The notes: generated by a model not told the origin, from the sequence alone. Shown: positions 38,376 to 52,164, counted from the stretch's first letter. The stretch: DNA of 64,000 nt from Octopus sinensis (GCF_006345805.1 NC_043012.1:27714001-27778000); one strand, 5' to 3'. Made by a program: numbers and translations.

Positions 38376-39300
38376 TATGTATATATATATCTATTTCATC
38401 ACTTCATGTTGTGGTTCTACATCAAAATTACTATTCAGTTGTCCGTTGTGATTTGATACTGCTGATTGTGGAATCACTTGTTATTGTCTGCATCACACTT
38501 CATACCTTACTTTTCTTCTTCAACTTAACCCCCTTCTTCCTTTTCTATTTCTCCTCCTTCTTCCTTTTTTTTTGTTCCTCTTCTACTTCATCTTCTATCT
38601 CATTTGCTGCTTCTTCTGTCTGTCTTCTCCTTCTTCATCTTCTGTTTCCTCATTCCCTAACCAAACATTTATCTGCTTTAGTATTAGCACTGTACATGCC
38701 CTGTTCATCTTTTCACAATCTATTTTCTTTTTTATCTTTATTTACTTTTTTGTTTCCTCCTCATATAAGCAAAACACAAAGCCAGGCAGACACACAATAC
38801 AAGAGTGCGCTTTTCAGGTAGGTCTGAAGAAGTGCCACTCTAATGCCTAAAAGAAATTTTAGCACTTCCCCTTATTTGGATGAGAGTGATGAGTGGCAAG
38901 AGGACATCTATATCACAATGTAGAACAAATATCTCAGGAACTTTGAAAACAACTTTTGTTTTCTCACCAATTTCCATTTTTTGGTAATGTTTATGCTTGC
39001 GTGTGTGTATAACCCAGATTCTGCATAGTTTCCTTCAACTTAATTTTAGTTCAAAATTTGTAGAAGATATCCAATGTATTGTGAAGTAGGGTTATAAACT
39101 TAATCACACAGCCATGCCTGTACCCATTTAAAATGAGTTCTACATATTGAATTTTAGTGCATATCAAATCTGCATACATTGTGTGTTACATGTTTAAAAT
39201 AGCATAAAATTCCATAATTTATCAAATGTTTGAAGAAAACTACAAAACTGAAATGAATGTAAATTTGAAATTTAATGTTGTGTTAAATTAAAATATATAG

Positions 39301-40744
39301 CTTTGTACTAACCCGGCCGTGGCCGGCTGTAAAATGTTTTGGTTCATAATACCAAGCCGGCCGTACCCGGCCGTGAGAACCTATTGTTATTTAAATGTAA
39401 ATTTGAACCCAAATCTCGTTGGTACATTCGTTAAAACATGTGATTTCACATTGTAAATAGTTAAGTTATAGTATCCGACATTGCTTGAAGTGATATCTCA
39501 ACTCAGTGAATTTTGGGAGATTTTTTTCCACATGTTTTTTGGCATCGATATTTCTTCAACTTTGAAAATGGATAGGAGTTTCATGTTATCAAGCATTGAT
39601 TCCGAATTTAAAGCTTTTTCAACGGAAAATAGGGAGATATCGAGAAAAAGAATGAAATAGGTACTAAAGCACGTGGTGTACAAAATAATGAATATTTTTT
39701 TATCCGAAAATGAAAGCAGCGCCTTCCAAAGAAACAAAGCTGCGAAGGCGACAGCGAAGACAATTTTACATCGGAATGAAGTAAAAAAAACTTTGAAAAT
39801 GTTTTTATTAGCAATTTTTCTGAGGAAATAAAGTTTATCTATAGCCTTTCTTAGGAAGTGAAATCATTAGACTTTTATTTTTGTCAGTATGCTAGTTTGA
39901 AGCGATCACTTCGAAAAACAAATTTACGCAGATTGTAAACAAACACAAAATGGGGGTTCAAAGTTTGGAAAATTTGTGAAGCAAATACTGGGTACTGTTG
40001 TGGATTTAGTTTTTATACAGGGAAACTAATGTTAGTCAGCATGGCTTAGGGTACGATGTGGTCTGGAAGTTATTGTTTGAAGCGATCAATGCGTAAACAA
40101 ACACAAAATCAGGGATCAAATTTCGGAAAATTTGTGAAGCAAATTACTGGGTACTGCGTGGATTTAGTTTTTATACAGGGAAAATGTTACTCAGCATGGC
40201 CTAGGGAACGATGTGGTCTGGAATTTATCACTTCCATACCATAACCAGGGCCGTATATTATTTTTTGACCGATTTCTTTAGTTCGGTCAAACTTACGGTG
40301 GATTCCAATATTTCAGTTTATTCCACCTTTATGGTACACCTGTTGTGCATTAAATTCAACTGATGATATAGTGATGTGCACAATTCTTCTTTATCAAAAT
40401 TTTGTTGCATACCCATTTGAATATTAGCTGATGATTCATTTTCTATAGTGATGTTTAAACAAAATTTTAATTTTTTACCTTTTGCTCAATTTAAAATTTT
40501 TATATTTTTACCTTTTGCTCAATTTACCTGGATTTACCTGTAATTAAAGTCACTTTGAGACAAAAGTTATGCAATAGAATTGATTAAGAGCCCTTTCTTT
40601 AATTATGTTCCAAGTATCACATTATGTTGATAAGTAAAAAAGTTACAGTTATTTAATGAAACAAGCCTAGATTCATGATTATTTTAGAATTTAATTGAAA
40701 CTCATGAGGGGTGTATTTTGGTCAGAAATATAGTAACGAAAGGG
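39301..40744 (+). mobile_element. piggyBac deletion derivative D with internal tandem duplication
   Basis: Right end TAGTAACGAAAGGG plus TTAA (40745-48). The left TIR is eroded (ctttgtactaacccggccg). The KWGxKVWKICEANTGY block is duplicated at about 39895-40075 and 40075-40240. Confidence 0.88.
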
Positions 40745-41414
40745 TTAATTGTCTAAATTTACATTTTAATATTAAAATCAAAATACTTATTTGAATCTTC
40801 TTATTATGTTAGAGTTAATAGCACTTGTACATTGACCATTTGTTACAATGTGAATGTCTCTCAAAAGAAAAGGGTGTTTAGTATTTCATTTTTCTTATTT
40901 CTATAACTTTTCCACATGTTTATTGAGCTTTCAGTTTTGTAACAGTGATTACAAATCAGAAATGCAAAAATAATAACTCATCATGTATTTCGAACAGGCT
41001 ATTTTAATTTTCAATACTTAAAAAGAAAGTAACTAAGGATAGAGAAATTGACAGTGTATTGAGTCTTGAAAGGGAATCTAGTGAAAACTAGATTATTTCT
41101 TCTCCAAATTTTTTATATTCTGTGTATGTATATATGTATGTTTCTGTATTTCCTGTCTCATAGTCATACATATAATGTAACTAATTTACACATAATCATT
41201 CACACAATGCTACACTAAAATATTATGGCCTATATGTGTATGTACAGCCACAAAACTTCAAACCATAGATAACATAACTGTTGCTTGTTTGACAAATGGT
41301 TTACTTGATTCTTTGGCATAAGATCATTTTTTTATCTCTGATGTAGATTTTGTCTTTTTGAGATTTGTTGTTTTTATTTATTTATTTATTTATTTTTTGT
41401 CCTGTATCTTCTAG

Positions 41415-41624
41415 ACTGAATTAGAAGAGGTTGAAAGCCGTAATGAAGAATATGTTTTAACGAGAGCTTTTCTTAGCCTGATCAGTACCTTAATTGATCA
41501 TTCCATTCCAGCTGGTTTAGGTGCTGGACACAGATCTCCCGGTTTTCAACCTTATTTGGATTTCATTATTGATGGAGTATTCCTTAAATGCTTTTCAAGA
41601 GCTTACAAGAATCCAACAGAAAAG
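41415..41624 (+). CDS. NUP205: Nup205 internal exon (210 bp, phase 0 to 0)
   Basis: ctag acceptor and gtaagt donor. TELEEVESRNEEYVLTRAFLSLISTLIDHSIPAGLGAGHRSPGFQPYLDFIIDGVFLKCFSRAYKNPTEK resembles VELNEIESRCEEYPLTRAF...LGAGLRPPGFDPYLQF...RAY. It is not in the ORF track because it lacks a start codon. Confidence 0.93.
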
Positions 41625-42299
41625 GTAAGTTTTATTTTTTCCATTTAATATAGAAGTTGGGTGCTTAGGAGTTTGAAAGCTGGATTACTAACTCTAATAT
41701 TTAGCAGGCTTTGCTATATGGCTAATAATAAGAATATATAGTTCAAATATAAAAGTTATTTCATGGATAATCCCCATTAGTGTGTCCTCTACATTTACTA
41801 CTGAGTGAACAACTCAGAAATCAGCAAAACCTCCGAGATGTGTACTAAAAGCTGTGTTACAGCTGTACTTGTAATATACTGATAGTACTTACTATAAGCT
41901 AAATGAAAACACCCTCAGCTACCATCAAGGCTTTTGTTTTTCTGCAAAAAAATATTTATATATGATAACCAAAACTAATTACTTGATTTCTCTGTTATAG
42001 CAAGCTCTCTCACATTTTATGTTATTGAACTGTGTTGTCTCTTTTAATACAAGCATTCTGACACAAATAACACTACTTAGCACTAATCTGTATGTAAATA
42101 AAATCTTTAAACAAAATGCACCTTTCATGTATTTTATTTTGGAAGTTGTGATTCAGGAAGTATCTACTGAGCTTAGGATCTTTGCAGGTCCTCTGAGACT
42201 CTTCAGGTTTGTGCAGTTGATGTCTTGACTGCAGAAAAATATGAAAGATGTGGGTGGGGAAAAATTGGGTATAGTAGTTGGTTTGGGGCCTGGAAGGGG

Positions 42300-42992
42300 A
42301 AGACATTGAATTTGTTTCAGGTGTGTTCAGGTAGCAATATGATACTGTGAGCTCTATTGCTGTAGAATAAAGTGAAAAGACATTCATGTCTGTTGGCAAG
42401 AGGCTGGTATGTGATGGTAGGTGAGTCCTTTGCGATTAACATGAAGGTTTTTCAGTGCAGTCTTGGATGCTTTTGTGTGTAGTAACAGGAATTTCCAGGT
42501 AGAGACTCAGCAATTGTTCATTTCTGAAGTATTCCAGGCTCTAAGGAAGAAGGCTAATCTTCAGAATGGAGTACACTACATGTTTAATACGGGTTATATC
42601 CACATATCAGTGAGTGTTTGTAGAAATGACAATGAACAGGTCCTTAATGCACAAAAGCAAGAGTGTTGAGGTCATAAACTAATCTTAGACTACATCAGAG
42701 TTAGAGTATGTGTGAGATTCTACCATATGTGCTTGGTGATCTGATAGGAAGCTTCCAGCCAAGAAATAGAAGTTGGATGAAGCCTGTCAGTGGGCAGTTT
42801 AGCAAGGAGATTTTTGAACAAGATACAATCAAATGCTTTGCTAATATCAAGTATAGTAAATATTTTTGCTGAATTTCGCAAGAGCAATGGGACACTGCTG
42901 GGTAACATAGTAGAAATGTGTTCCACAAACCTGGTAGTCTTTAATGGGAGAGAAAAAGAGTGACTTGCATTGTTAGAGAAGTTAATTAACAA
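42300..42992 (-). mobile_element. Old non-LTR RT fragment (Jockey/CR1/I-like)
   Basis: ILDISKAFDCI..KNLLAKLP motif in the minus ORF 42720-42992. Confidence 0.55.
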
Positions 42993-43840
42993 CTTTACTC
43001 ATTACTTTTGAGATATTGCAAATGAAACCAATAGATTAATATTTGTTAGTGTCAGGGTGGTTATTCTTCTTGGGCATGGAATACAGTAGTTGCATAATCT
43101 AATAGATGCAGGAATGTAGAAAACCGTTCCATTTGCTGCCCATTTTACACCCATCTGCACACACAGGTAAATCTCCCTAACTATCCCTTTCTACCCAACC
43201 ACTACATAAACATCTGAAAGCACAATCTACTTTTACTCCTTCAAGTTCACCACCATGCACACCAAATGCACAAGTACTTCTGAGCACTTCAAACCAACGA
43301 GGCAAATAGCTGTGATAGTTTCCTTCTCTATTACCTTCAAACAGTGTGCTCCCATCATCTTCAAATTCTTCAATCTCTCTTTACAGGGATACAACCTCAT
43401 CTCTGGAAATGTGCTATAATGTATCTCCATTTCTCAGGAAGGCAGTGTTTCTGACCTTTCTTTCTAATTGTATTCACTTCCAACACCTCAAGGGAACTAT
43501 TAAATAATCTTATTGAAACTCTCTCCCTTTTCTCTATTCAATTGTATGAGTTTTGAAAACTCATACATTTACAGTATTGTGGTGAATTTTTCTATAAATT
43601 TCTGTCTCTTCAATTCCATTGTTGCAATGAAATCTCTTTGAATATTTTATTAAGAGAGAAAACTTCACTAATTCAGCTTCAGAATTAATGATTTAGTCAT
43701 GAAGTGTGTGTCATTTTCAAAGTGATATGAGACAAAAATAACTCACTGAAATTATTGTAAAAATACATGACAAACATTACCAGCAACTTAAGAATATGAC
43801 ATTTCCATGGCAGCTAAATTTATAAGCCAGTAATAAAAGT

Positions 43841-43879
43841 TGTGTGTGTGTGGTGTGTGTGTGTGTTGTGTGTGTGTGT

Positions 43880-43967
<88 letters not shown>
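43841..43967. repeat. (GT)n microsatellite
   Basis: Direct reading. Confidence 0.98.
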
Positions 43968-43971
<4 letters not shown>

Positions 43972-44099
43972 ACAACTATTTAACAAAATTTTAATTTCAT
44001 ATTAATTCAACTATTTTCGAACAAAATTTTAATTTAAGGAAAACAAAAATATTAAAGAAACTAATATATTTTTTTATAGAATTTGGTACCTAGATCCTT

Positions 44100-44770
44100 A
44101 TGCTCATCACTGAAACTACCATCTGCCTCAATTACTGGCTTGACATTGATCAGATAATATTTATTCATGTTAATCATAACATGCACAACAGCAGATATCA
44201 CAGAAGTCTTGGCATGCTTGTTGGTCTCTCTCTGAATGTTACTCCAGACACAGTAGTCTAGAGGGTTTAAATCAACAGAGCTAGAAACCCAAATGTTAGG
44301 AGTAACATGATCCTGAAAATGTTCAGCCATCCACTCCTGCAGACTGTGTGAGAGAGAACAGTGTCTTGTTGGGACAGGTATGGCCTTCCCCAAGCAACTC
44401 TTTCAATCCAGAGTTTGACAGCCGTCTCCATTGTCTCAAAGTAGACTGCTGCATTAACCCTAAGACCTTGCAGGGAAATGTGAGGATGTATGACATGCCT
44501 CTCATTATTCACAACTCTCAAGACCATCACATATGGTGGGAACTTCATGTGTGTAGTAGTGGAGGTACTTCAGTGGGGGCTGGTGCAGTGCCATCTGTCT
44601 TCCTCCTGTTCACTTTTTTTTTTATTTTGGATAAAGTTCTTTTCATCTGAGAAAAACTGGAGTATGCCATTCTCCTCAGGGTACTTCAGTTTGTTCGCAA
44701 AGCTCTTTAACTAGATCACTTGATTCTCCTGAGTCTTATCGGACATGAACTATCCTCTTCTCCTTACATA
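44100..44770 (-). mobile_element. Tc1/mariner (DD37D-like) transposase remnant
   Basis: KFPPYVMVLRVVNNE..H...QGLRVNAA, QQD, and WVSSSVDLNPLDYCVWS. Confidence 0.75.
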
Positions 44771-44905
44771 GGATATGTACCTGATGTCTTTGTGCACTTC
44801 ACATCTAATCATTAACTCTAACTTATTATTTTGTTAATTACATTCTATAAATTAAATATATGTTTGATTACTTGTGTTAATTTTTCTCTTTTGTTTTATT
44901 TCTAG

Positions 44906-45088
44906 TGGGATGTTGCTATTAGAGTGGTGGAAATTCTTTACAAGATATTATGTGAACATAAAATTCAGCCAGAACATTTTATTGGAGAATCTCAGATAGG
45001 ACAAGGAGAAAATATGGCTATGCTGAATAGGCTACCTGGACATGTTTTGCTAATTCTAATGCTCAATGATTCAGGACTACTACAAATG
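44906..45088 (+). CDS. NUP205: Nup205 internal exon (183 bp)
   Basis: Polypyrimidine tract with ctag acceptor and gtatgt donor. Translates WDVAIRVVEILYKILCEHKIQPEHF...LPGHVLLILMLNDSGLLQM. Confidence 0.9.
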
Positions 45089-45315
45089 GTATGTTGAATT
45101 AGGTTAAGAAAACCAAAATATATTAATTTTTTTCTTTTCAACAACTTTATATAAACTCTGATTCTTGATATATTGCTAGATTGTCATGATAACTCATTGA
45201 TCTTCTGAATTTCTCACTTCTCATTTTCCAAAAACTAATCCCACAACATCCAATATTGTTTATGTAACATGCAACTTCTAGACAGTCATTTGGTCATTCA
45301 ATGGCTTTCATTTAA

Positions 45316-46845
45316 CCTTTTTATTGCCAACCTGCCTATAGATGCCCACGTATTTTAAAAGCTTATATCACTAACTTCCCTATATATGCCCAAAACAGCC
45401 TATTGATATTTACATGAAAAATTCAGTGCAAATCTTGTTAGTAAAGTTTTGAAATTACATTATTTTACTATGTAAACAACCAGTATCCAACATTATTTAG
45501 GGTGTGAATTTTTTCCAAATTTTTTCTACACTAATTTTTTCCAAATTTTTCTACACTAATTTTCTTTTTAATAATGATGCAAAATGGATGTCAGTTTTGT
45601 ATTGTCAAGAAGTGTATCAGAATTTGAAGTATTTTTAGTAGAAAACATGGAGAAATTAAATGAAATTTACAATGAACCTAAAAAGCCCATGGTGTGTGAT
45701 TATGAATGGGATATTTCAGTTTCCAGAAGTGAAACCAGTGATTCCAACAATAGCCAGAAAGAAAAATGGATTTGCACTTGAATGGAGTAAAAGTTTGAAA
45801 ACTGTGGTTCTTAAAGATTTTTCTGAAGAGATTGGAACTAGTCACAGTATTTTCCAGGAAAGAAAGCTATTAGTTTGTTGATAAAAATTACTGTGGAAAC
45901 AAATTGTTATGCAGAATATAAACAAAGATATGAAACAGATAGTTTTTGCAATTAATATTGTTATGGTGGGTAAGTAAGCTTCTCAGAATTACAAACAACT
46001 GGAGCAGCAATGAATCTTTTGGAGATCACTATGTTTCCAGTATTATAACAAGGCCTTGGTTTTTAACACAGTGTCTGCATGTAAGAGACACTTGAAGTTC
46101 ATCAGTACATGGAGAACTGATCTTTGATGTTTTATTTGAAATAAGACCCTTCATTAACTATGTTCAAAATACATATGAAACATTGTACAGACCAGGGAGA
46201 GATCTCTCTCTTAAAGGTATGGTGGGTTATAAAGGTTGAGTATGTTTCTGACAGTAGATGCTCTGAAAGCCAACAAAATGGAGGAGCAAAGTTTGAAAGA
46301 TTTGTGAAGCAAATCGATTTTCTTATGGGGAAAAGAGACTGAAATGTAAGCCATGTGGTTTGGGATTCATCACACCCTTACCATAACCAGGGCTATATAT
46401 TATCTCTTTATTTTTTAGTTCAGTCAAACTTGGGGTGGATTTAGAAGCTGGGTCAGCATATACATATACCACAGTTGTTGCAAGTATGAAAAGGATGCTG
46501 TTGGATATTGAAAAAAAAAAAATGCTAAAGGAGGTGAAATAATCCAACGTCAGAAAAGAAACTTGCTAGTTACCACATACAGAGATAAGAGGCAACTCAA
46601 TTTTCTACCTACATCTGCACAACAACGTGTGGATGAAAATGGCACCCCTTTCGTTTCAGCTGATCTCCATAAATTCGAAACAATTGAGGGTCACTGAATG
46701 GCAATTCTGTGAATGCCTTCATCAAAAAAAGGAAAGATTCCAGTGGACAAGTTAGTTGAAACAACCTTCAAGATTGCATTCTGCAAAATTGTATTATGTA
46801 GAGTGGGGTGTTTTACAAGTTTCCATGATAGAAATATTGTGGTGT
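45316..46845 (+). mobile_element. Old piggyBac E, left part
   Basis: ttaa-cctttttattgcca terminus. Acidic N-terminus MDVSFVLSRSVSEF, then HGLGF..PYHNQG and Cys-rich-region homology to copy B. Confidence 0.7.
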
Positions 46846-46849
46846 GTGT

Positions 46850-49800
46850 GTGTGTAATAACCTAATTCAGGAATCCAGCCAGTCACCTGGTAATCATACT
46901 ATGAATTTGGTAGCCACACTAGCCAGATTTACTACTTTCTCACCAGGAAGCAATATATATGGTTACTCATAAATGTAAAGACCATCCCTGGTGAACTATG
47001 TATCCCTCAGTGTAGGTTAATCATTAGTGACTTCAGTCTTCAGGCTAGAAGGATTCCATGAAGCAGACCAGTCTGGAAAAAGAAGGATTTGGTAACTTTG
47101 AATAATCAGAGATTTAGAGATGTCCTAATGGAAGCATTTAAAGTGAAGGAAGAGGAGTTACAGACATAGAGGACAACTGGAAGTTCCTATGGGACAACTT
47201 ACTGAGAGCCACAGACCACGTTTGTGGCTGGTTCAAAATCCCAACCAGATCTAGAGTGAGATGGTGGTGGAAGGACTGGAAGGGTGGTGATAGCTGAGAA
47301 CTATATTAGTTAGCTTGAAGAGACTGGTATATCTAGTCTGAGGAGAAGCAGAAAGAAAGAAGTTTGCCAGTGCTCTGCTGTGTGAGGACCACAGGTGTTT
47401 CAGATTGCAAGATAGTATCAGAGAAAATCATGATGTTTTAGAAGAGAAGTGCATTTGCATAGATGATGGCTCATTTGCAGTTAGTGATTCTGCAAAGAAA
47501 GAGCATTGGAAAGGCTGCTAAATGTAGAGAATGCATGGGAGAAAGAGAGTTTGCCTAACATGAATCCATCAGAGGGACTGGCTACCTGAATTAACAGTAG
47601 CTTAGATAAAGCAATTAAGGATATCAAGACAGGGAAAGCACTTGGTTCATCAGGAATTACTGCTGAGATGCTTAAAATATCTGATGGAGGCGGGATAAGG
47701 CCTGGTTACCCATGTAGTTAATCAGGTTGTCAACAAGGCAGCTATACCAAATGGTTGATGTAGCAGCATTATAGTCAACTGTTACGAAGATAAAGGTGAT
47801 GCTTTGACTGAAATAATTACAGAGGTACCAAATTGCTGAACCTGGCATTGAAAGTTATAAACGGGGAGTTATCCTAGATGAGATGCAGTTTGGTTTTGTG
47901 CCAGGAAGAAGCACTACTGATGCTATCTTCCTGGTAAGGCAACGAGATACTTAGTTGTAAATAAACCTTTGCATTTGGCTTTGTTGACATGGAGAAAGCC
48001 TTTGATAGGGTTCCCTACTCTCTTGTGAGCAATGCAGAAGCTAGGGATAAATGAGTGGGTGGTGACAGCTGTAAAAGTCAGTAAGGTAAAAGTTGCCAAT
48101 GAGTATAGCAAGGAATTTAGTGTACAAGTAGGAGTCCACCAGGGATTGGTTCTTAGCCTTATCTTGTTTATCATTGTCCTCTTGGCCATTATAGAGGAAT
48201 TTAAGACTGGCTGCCCTTGGGAGCTCCTCCTCTATGCTGATGACCTTGTTCTTATTGTTGAATCACTACCACAACTAGAGAAGAAATTTCAGGTATGGAA
48301 GCACAGTCTGGAATCAAAGAGCCTGAGAGTTAATTTAGTAAAGACTAAAGTCCTAGTAAGTAAGAAAACAGACAAGTCACTGATCCCTTCAGGTAGATGG
48401 CTCTGCTTGATATGTAGAAAAGGTGTCAAGAGAAACTCCATACAGTATACTCAGTGCAAGCTATGGACACATAAGAGGTGCAGCAGTACCAGGAATTTAA
48501 CAGAGAAAGTAGTCTTTGTGTCAGATGTGCCAGTTGAAGGAATGCACAGAAAATGGACTCCTTCAAATGTCCAGGAGGATGCTTAGAAAGTAGTAGATAG
48601 TTTCCATACCTTGGTGAGCAAGTTAGCAGTGGAAGAAGTAGTTCTGAAAGCATAGTTGCCAAAATGACGGGCTGGGATAAGTTCAGAAAGCTACTACCTT
48701 TGTTGATAACAAAGGGCCTCTCCCTCAGAGTGAAAGGCACATTGTGATGATACCTGTGTACAAACAGCCACACTACATGGCAATAAGACTACTGAGGACA
48801 TGTGAAGACTTGAAAGAAACGAGGCCAGCATGCTCTGCTGGATGGGTTATGCCAGTGTGCATGTAGCACAGTGAAAAGGACCTACAAGAAGCACTGGGTA
48901 TAAGAAGCATCATATGTAGTATGCAGGAGAAAAGACTGTGTTAGAATGGTCATATGATGTATATAGATGAGGACAACTGCATAAAGAAGTACCAATCCCT
49001 AAATGTGGAGGACATGTGAAGAGAGACATGTGACAGGGGTAGATCCTGGGACGAGAAAGTACCTGCATACTTTAGGCCTCACGGAGGAGGTAACAAGGGA
49101 CTGAAACTTCATGTAATTTGCTGTACTTGAGAAGCTATGTCAAGCTAAGTAAAATCGTGGCCATCCACACATACAGGCATGTCCTCTATGGCCATAACCC
49201 TTCCCCCCTTCACAACCACACACATACACACACACTCTGCAGGCCCCTCCAGTTTCTTCTCAGCATCACTTGCTATCTTCCTTCACACATGGCAAATCTC
49301 CTCTATCCCCTCTGTATCCCCCACCTCCCTGTTCCTACTGGTAAGCCTGTTCTCTCTCTCTTGACTGTCTGTCTTTTTTTCTCTCTCTCTCTCTCTCTCT
49401 CCTGCCTCCCTCGGCCCCTCTAAGGAGGGGCCGAGGGAGGCAGGATAGCCAAGGATAGCTACTAGGATAGCCAAGTATCTCTTCTGTACTCAAGCATGGC
49501 TTTGTCTCTCTCTCTTTCACACCTCTCTCCACTTGTCCTACTGGGGTAGCCAAGTATCTCTTCTGTAGTAAGACAGTTATCCCTGATTTTTTATCATATT
49601 TCATCCACTCACCTGGCACGTAACCACTTCTCTTAGTTCCTCTCTCTCTCTCAGCTGAGACGTCCTAGTCTTGCAAGCCACTTTGTAACCGTGCAGGCAT
49701 TGGTGATGTGTCAAATGCACTTTTGCTGACTCCACATAAAAGACACCCATGCCAACGCCACATAAGTACTTATACTGGCACCATGTAAGGAGTACCTGTG

Positions 49801-49972
49801 CCAGTGGCATATGAAGACACCCAGTATGCTCTGTAAAGTGTTTGGTGTTAGGGAGTGAATCCAGTAATGGAAACTGTACCAAAACAAACTGGTGCAGCCC
49901 TTTTGCTTGCCAGATCTTGTCAAACTGTTCATCCCATGCCATCATGGAGAATGAACATTAAATGATGATGAT
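46850..49972 (+). mobile_element. Decayed RTE LINE inserted into piggyBac E
   Basis: KTGKALGSSG, QFGFVPGRSTTDA, DMEKAFDR, GVHQG, LYADDL. Tail cattaaatgatgatgat at 49957-72. Carries a secondary insert at about 49170-49680. Confidence 0.85.
49401..49444. repeat. Perfect 20-bp GC-rich inverted repeat, 4-nt loop
   Basis: CCTGCCTCCCTCGGCCCCTC-TAAG-GAGGGGCCGAGGGAGGCAGG. Confidence 0.97.
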
Positions 49973-50350
49973 ATATATCTGTGATTTGATTTTATAAAAG
50001 ACTTTTTCAAATTTACCTTGTTTATATTTTTCTTTTACTTGTAATTTACCTGATAAGTGAGTGACAAATTTTTATCAGTTTGTATTGTGAATCATTATTA
50101 TATGTTTCTGAGTATTATGTATATGTGTGAGTTTATTTCATTTTGTGGATGATATGTTTATTCCATTTTTTAAATTTCTTCCTTGCGTCACCTGTGCATT
50201 TTTAAGTTCAACTGATAATCCAGTAATCTGAACAATTCTTTTATATTTAAATTTTGTTGTATATCCAATGTTAAATGTCCCATTTTCTAGTTGAATTCAC
50301 CTGTAATTATAGTCACTTCAAGACAAATGTTATGCAGCAGATTTGTTAAA
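49973..50350 (+). mobile_element. Old piggyBac E, right subterminal part
   Basis: gtgatttgattttataaa...taagtgagtgacaaatttt...cacctgtgcatt..agttcaactgataatc continues the homology to copy B (10260 to 9780, reverse). Confidence 0.65.
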
Positions 50351-50680
50351 TTGTGTTCTGCAAATCACATTGATAAATAAACATTACAAGTTTTGTTGAA
50401 AATTGATGTTTGGTAGCAGGCAAAATGACCATTGGATATGTTTTGTTCTTACTGTACCTCATATACAAGGCATGATCAGAGTTGAAAAGTAAATGTTTAC
50501 CTTTTCGTTAGCACATTTCTAATTGAAATGCCATATATTTCAATTAAATGTTTATAAAAGTGCACATTTTAGCTGATTTTGTAAAGTAACTGTAACTTTA
50601 TTATGTAAGTGGTGTATAGAGCACAACTTAACAAATGATGCTTTTATCTGTTGCCGTATTTTATCTTGAAACTACTGTAA

Positions 50681-50974
50681 TCTTTATATATAAAACTGTA
50701 GTTGTGTGAGTGTCTGTCCCCTTCGATTTAGATTCCTAACTACTCCCACATTTTGCGGTGCAGTTTAACCAAAAGCGAGTATCTTATAGTCATGATTCAT
50801 ATTGAGCCCTTCTGGGTATTAGTGTGTGTCTACGATTTAAAAAAAAATTACCATCATTTTTCCGCATTTTTAATCCATTTTTCGCTCGGTTTTATATAAG
50901 GGAAGTGACTCTCTAAAATTGCTTATATAGTTATTTCCCTTATAAACCCGAGCAACGCCGGGCCATACTACTAG
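50681..50974 (+). mobile_element. Non-autonomous Helitron (294 bp)
   Basis: 5' TC, 3' CTAG, inserted between A and T, with a subterminal hairpin CCCG-agcaacgc-CGGG 8-9 nt before CTAG. Confidence 0.82.
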
Positions 50975-51492
50975 TTACATATACAAGCAAAATCTGCAAA
51001 GTTACTGAAATTTTGATTAAATATTGATTTCACATTTTGGCACAAGGCCAGCAATTTCAAGGGAGAGGATAAGTCAATTACATTGACCCCAGTGCTCAAA
51101 TAATACTTATTTTATGAATGCCCAAAGAGATGAAAGGCTAAGTCAACCTTGGCATGTAAAATGAGTTGCCAATGTGCTCCAGAGGCTATTATATAATTTT
51201 ATGTTAGTTTAACTATATTACTTAACTGTATCATCATTATTCATCTTCCACTTTTCCATGCTTGCACCAGACAGAATTTGTTAAGGCTGATTTTTCTACA
51301 GCTGGCTGCCTTCCTTGTCGCCAACAGGAAAATGAACAGCTTTACATGTCAGACAAATGGACTCATAATCATTATTGGGTGTCTAAACTAGGGTACACAC
51401 AAACACACAATGGATTCCTTTCAGTTTCCACCTACTGAATTATCTCAACAAAACTGCATGTTAGTTTTTTTCTTTTTAAATATCTTTTATAG

Positions 51493-51550
51493 ATTCTCAA
51501 GATATTGAATGATTCCCTAGTGCAGTTTGCAACATATGTGGACTTTCCTG
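51493..51550 (+). CDS. NUP205: Nup205 small internal exon (58 bp, phase 0 to 1)
   Basis: tag acceptor and gtgagt donor. ILKILNDSLVQFATYVDFP(G) aligns to ALSLLEEGVKQLDTYAPFPG, and the phases fit both neighbours. Confidence 0.85.
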
Positions 51551-52014
51551 GTGAGTTTATTTTTAAAATTATTTTTATTTAAATTACTTGTAAATTGTTT
51601 TAGTATAATTTCATAAACTAGTACAAATAGCTTAATTTGTTAACATTACTATGTTTCTCTCTATGTGCGAAGTTTAGCCAAAATTGAAGCTACAACACTT
51701 TTTCATAATAGAATAGTTCTTATTTGTGAAGACATGTATTTGTTAAAATAGAGTGCAAATGCAACTATTCTCAGCTTTCTGTGTAATGTTGTCTATGTTA
51801 TGTGCCCTCAATTTGCTGGCTCATAATCACTCTACTTGTAAATCTGAACCAAGTGTCTCCAAGTACCATTTAGACTGGGTACACTCTGCTTGAATGAGAT
51901 CCAGACTTTAGAAGGCAAGTTGCAAATTTTCTTATGGAATTTGATTTAATTTTCATGAATACTTTTCCACTTCTAGTATCAATGTGACAAAATAAATTTT
52001 AAAACTACTCACAT

Positions 52015-52160
52015 AAGCTGTGGTTGTTTTGTAAGAAGCTTGCTTCTCAACCACATGGTTCTGGATTCAGTCCCACTGCGTGGCACCTTGGGCAAGTGTC
52101 TTCTACTATAGCCTTGGGCCAACCAAAGCCTTGTGAGTGGATTTGGTAGATGGAAACTGA
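52015..52160 (+). mobile_element. tRNA-derived SINE 5' half (3' half at 53896-54090)
   Basis: Head ...ggattcagtcccactgcgtggcaccttgggcaagtgtct. The 3' half ends gtgctccagcatggcctcagtcaaatgcctgaaacaagtaaaagagt. Confidence 0.7.
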
Positions 52161-52164
52161 CCCA

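Noticed and set aside
38824-38870. CTGAAGA AGTGC...GCCT AAAAG as another hammerhead
   Set aside because: The GAAAC core and stems I and III are not recognisable. At best an unprovable relic.
39018-39090. Possible missing Nup205 exon (cag|ATT CTG CAT..., ILHSF...DIQ)
   Set aside because: Weak pyrimidine tract, no phase-0 GT donor, and poor similarity beyond IL.
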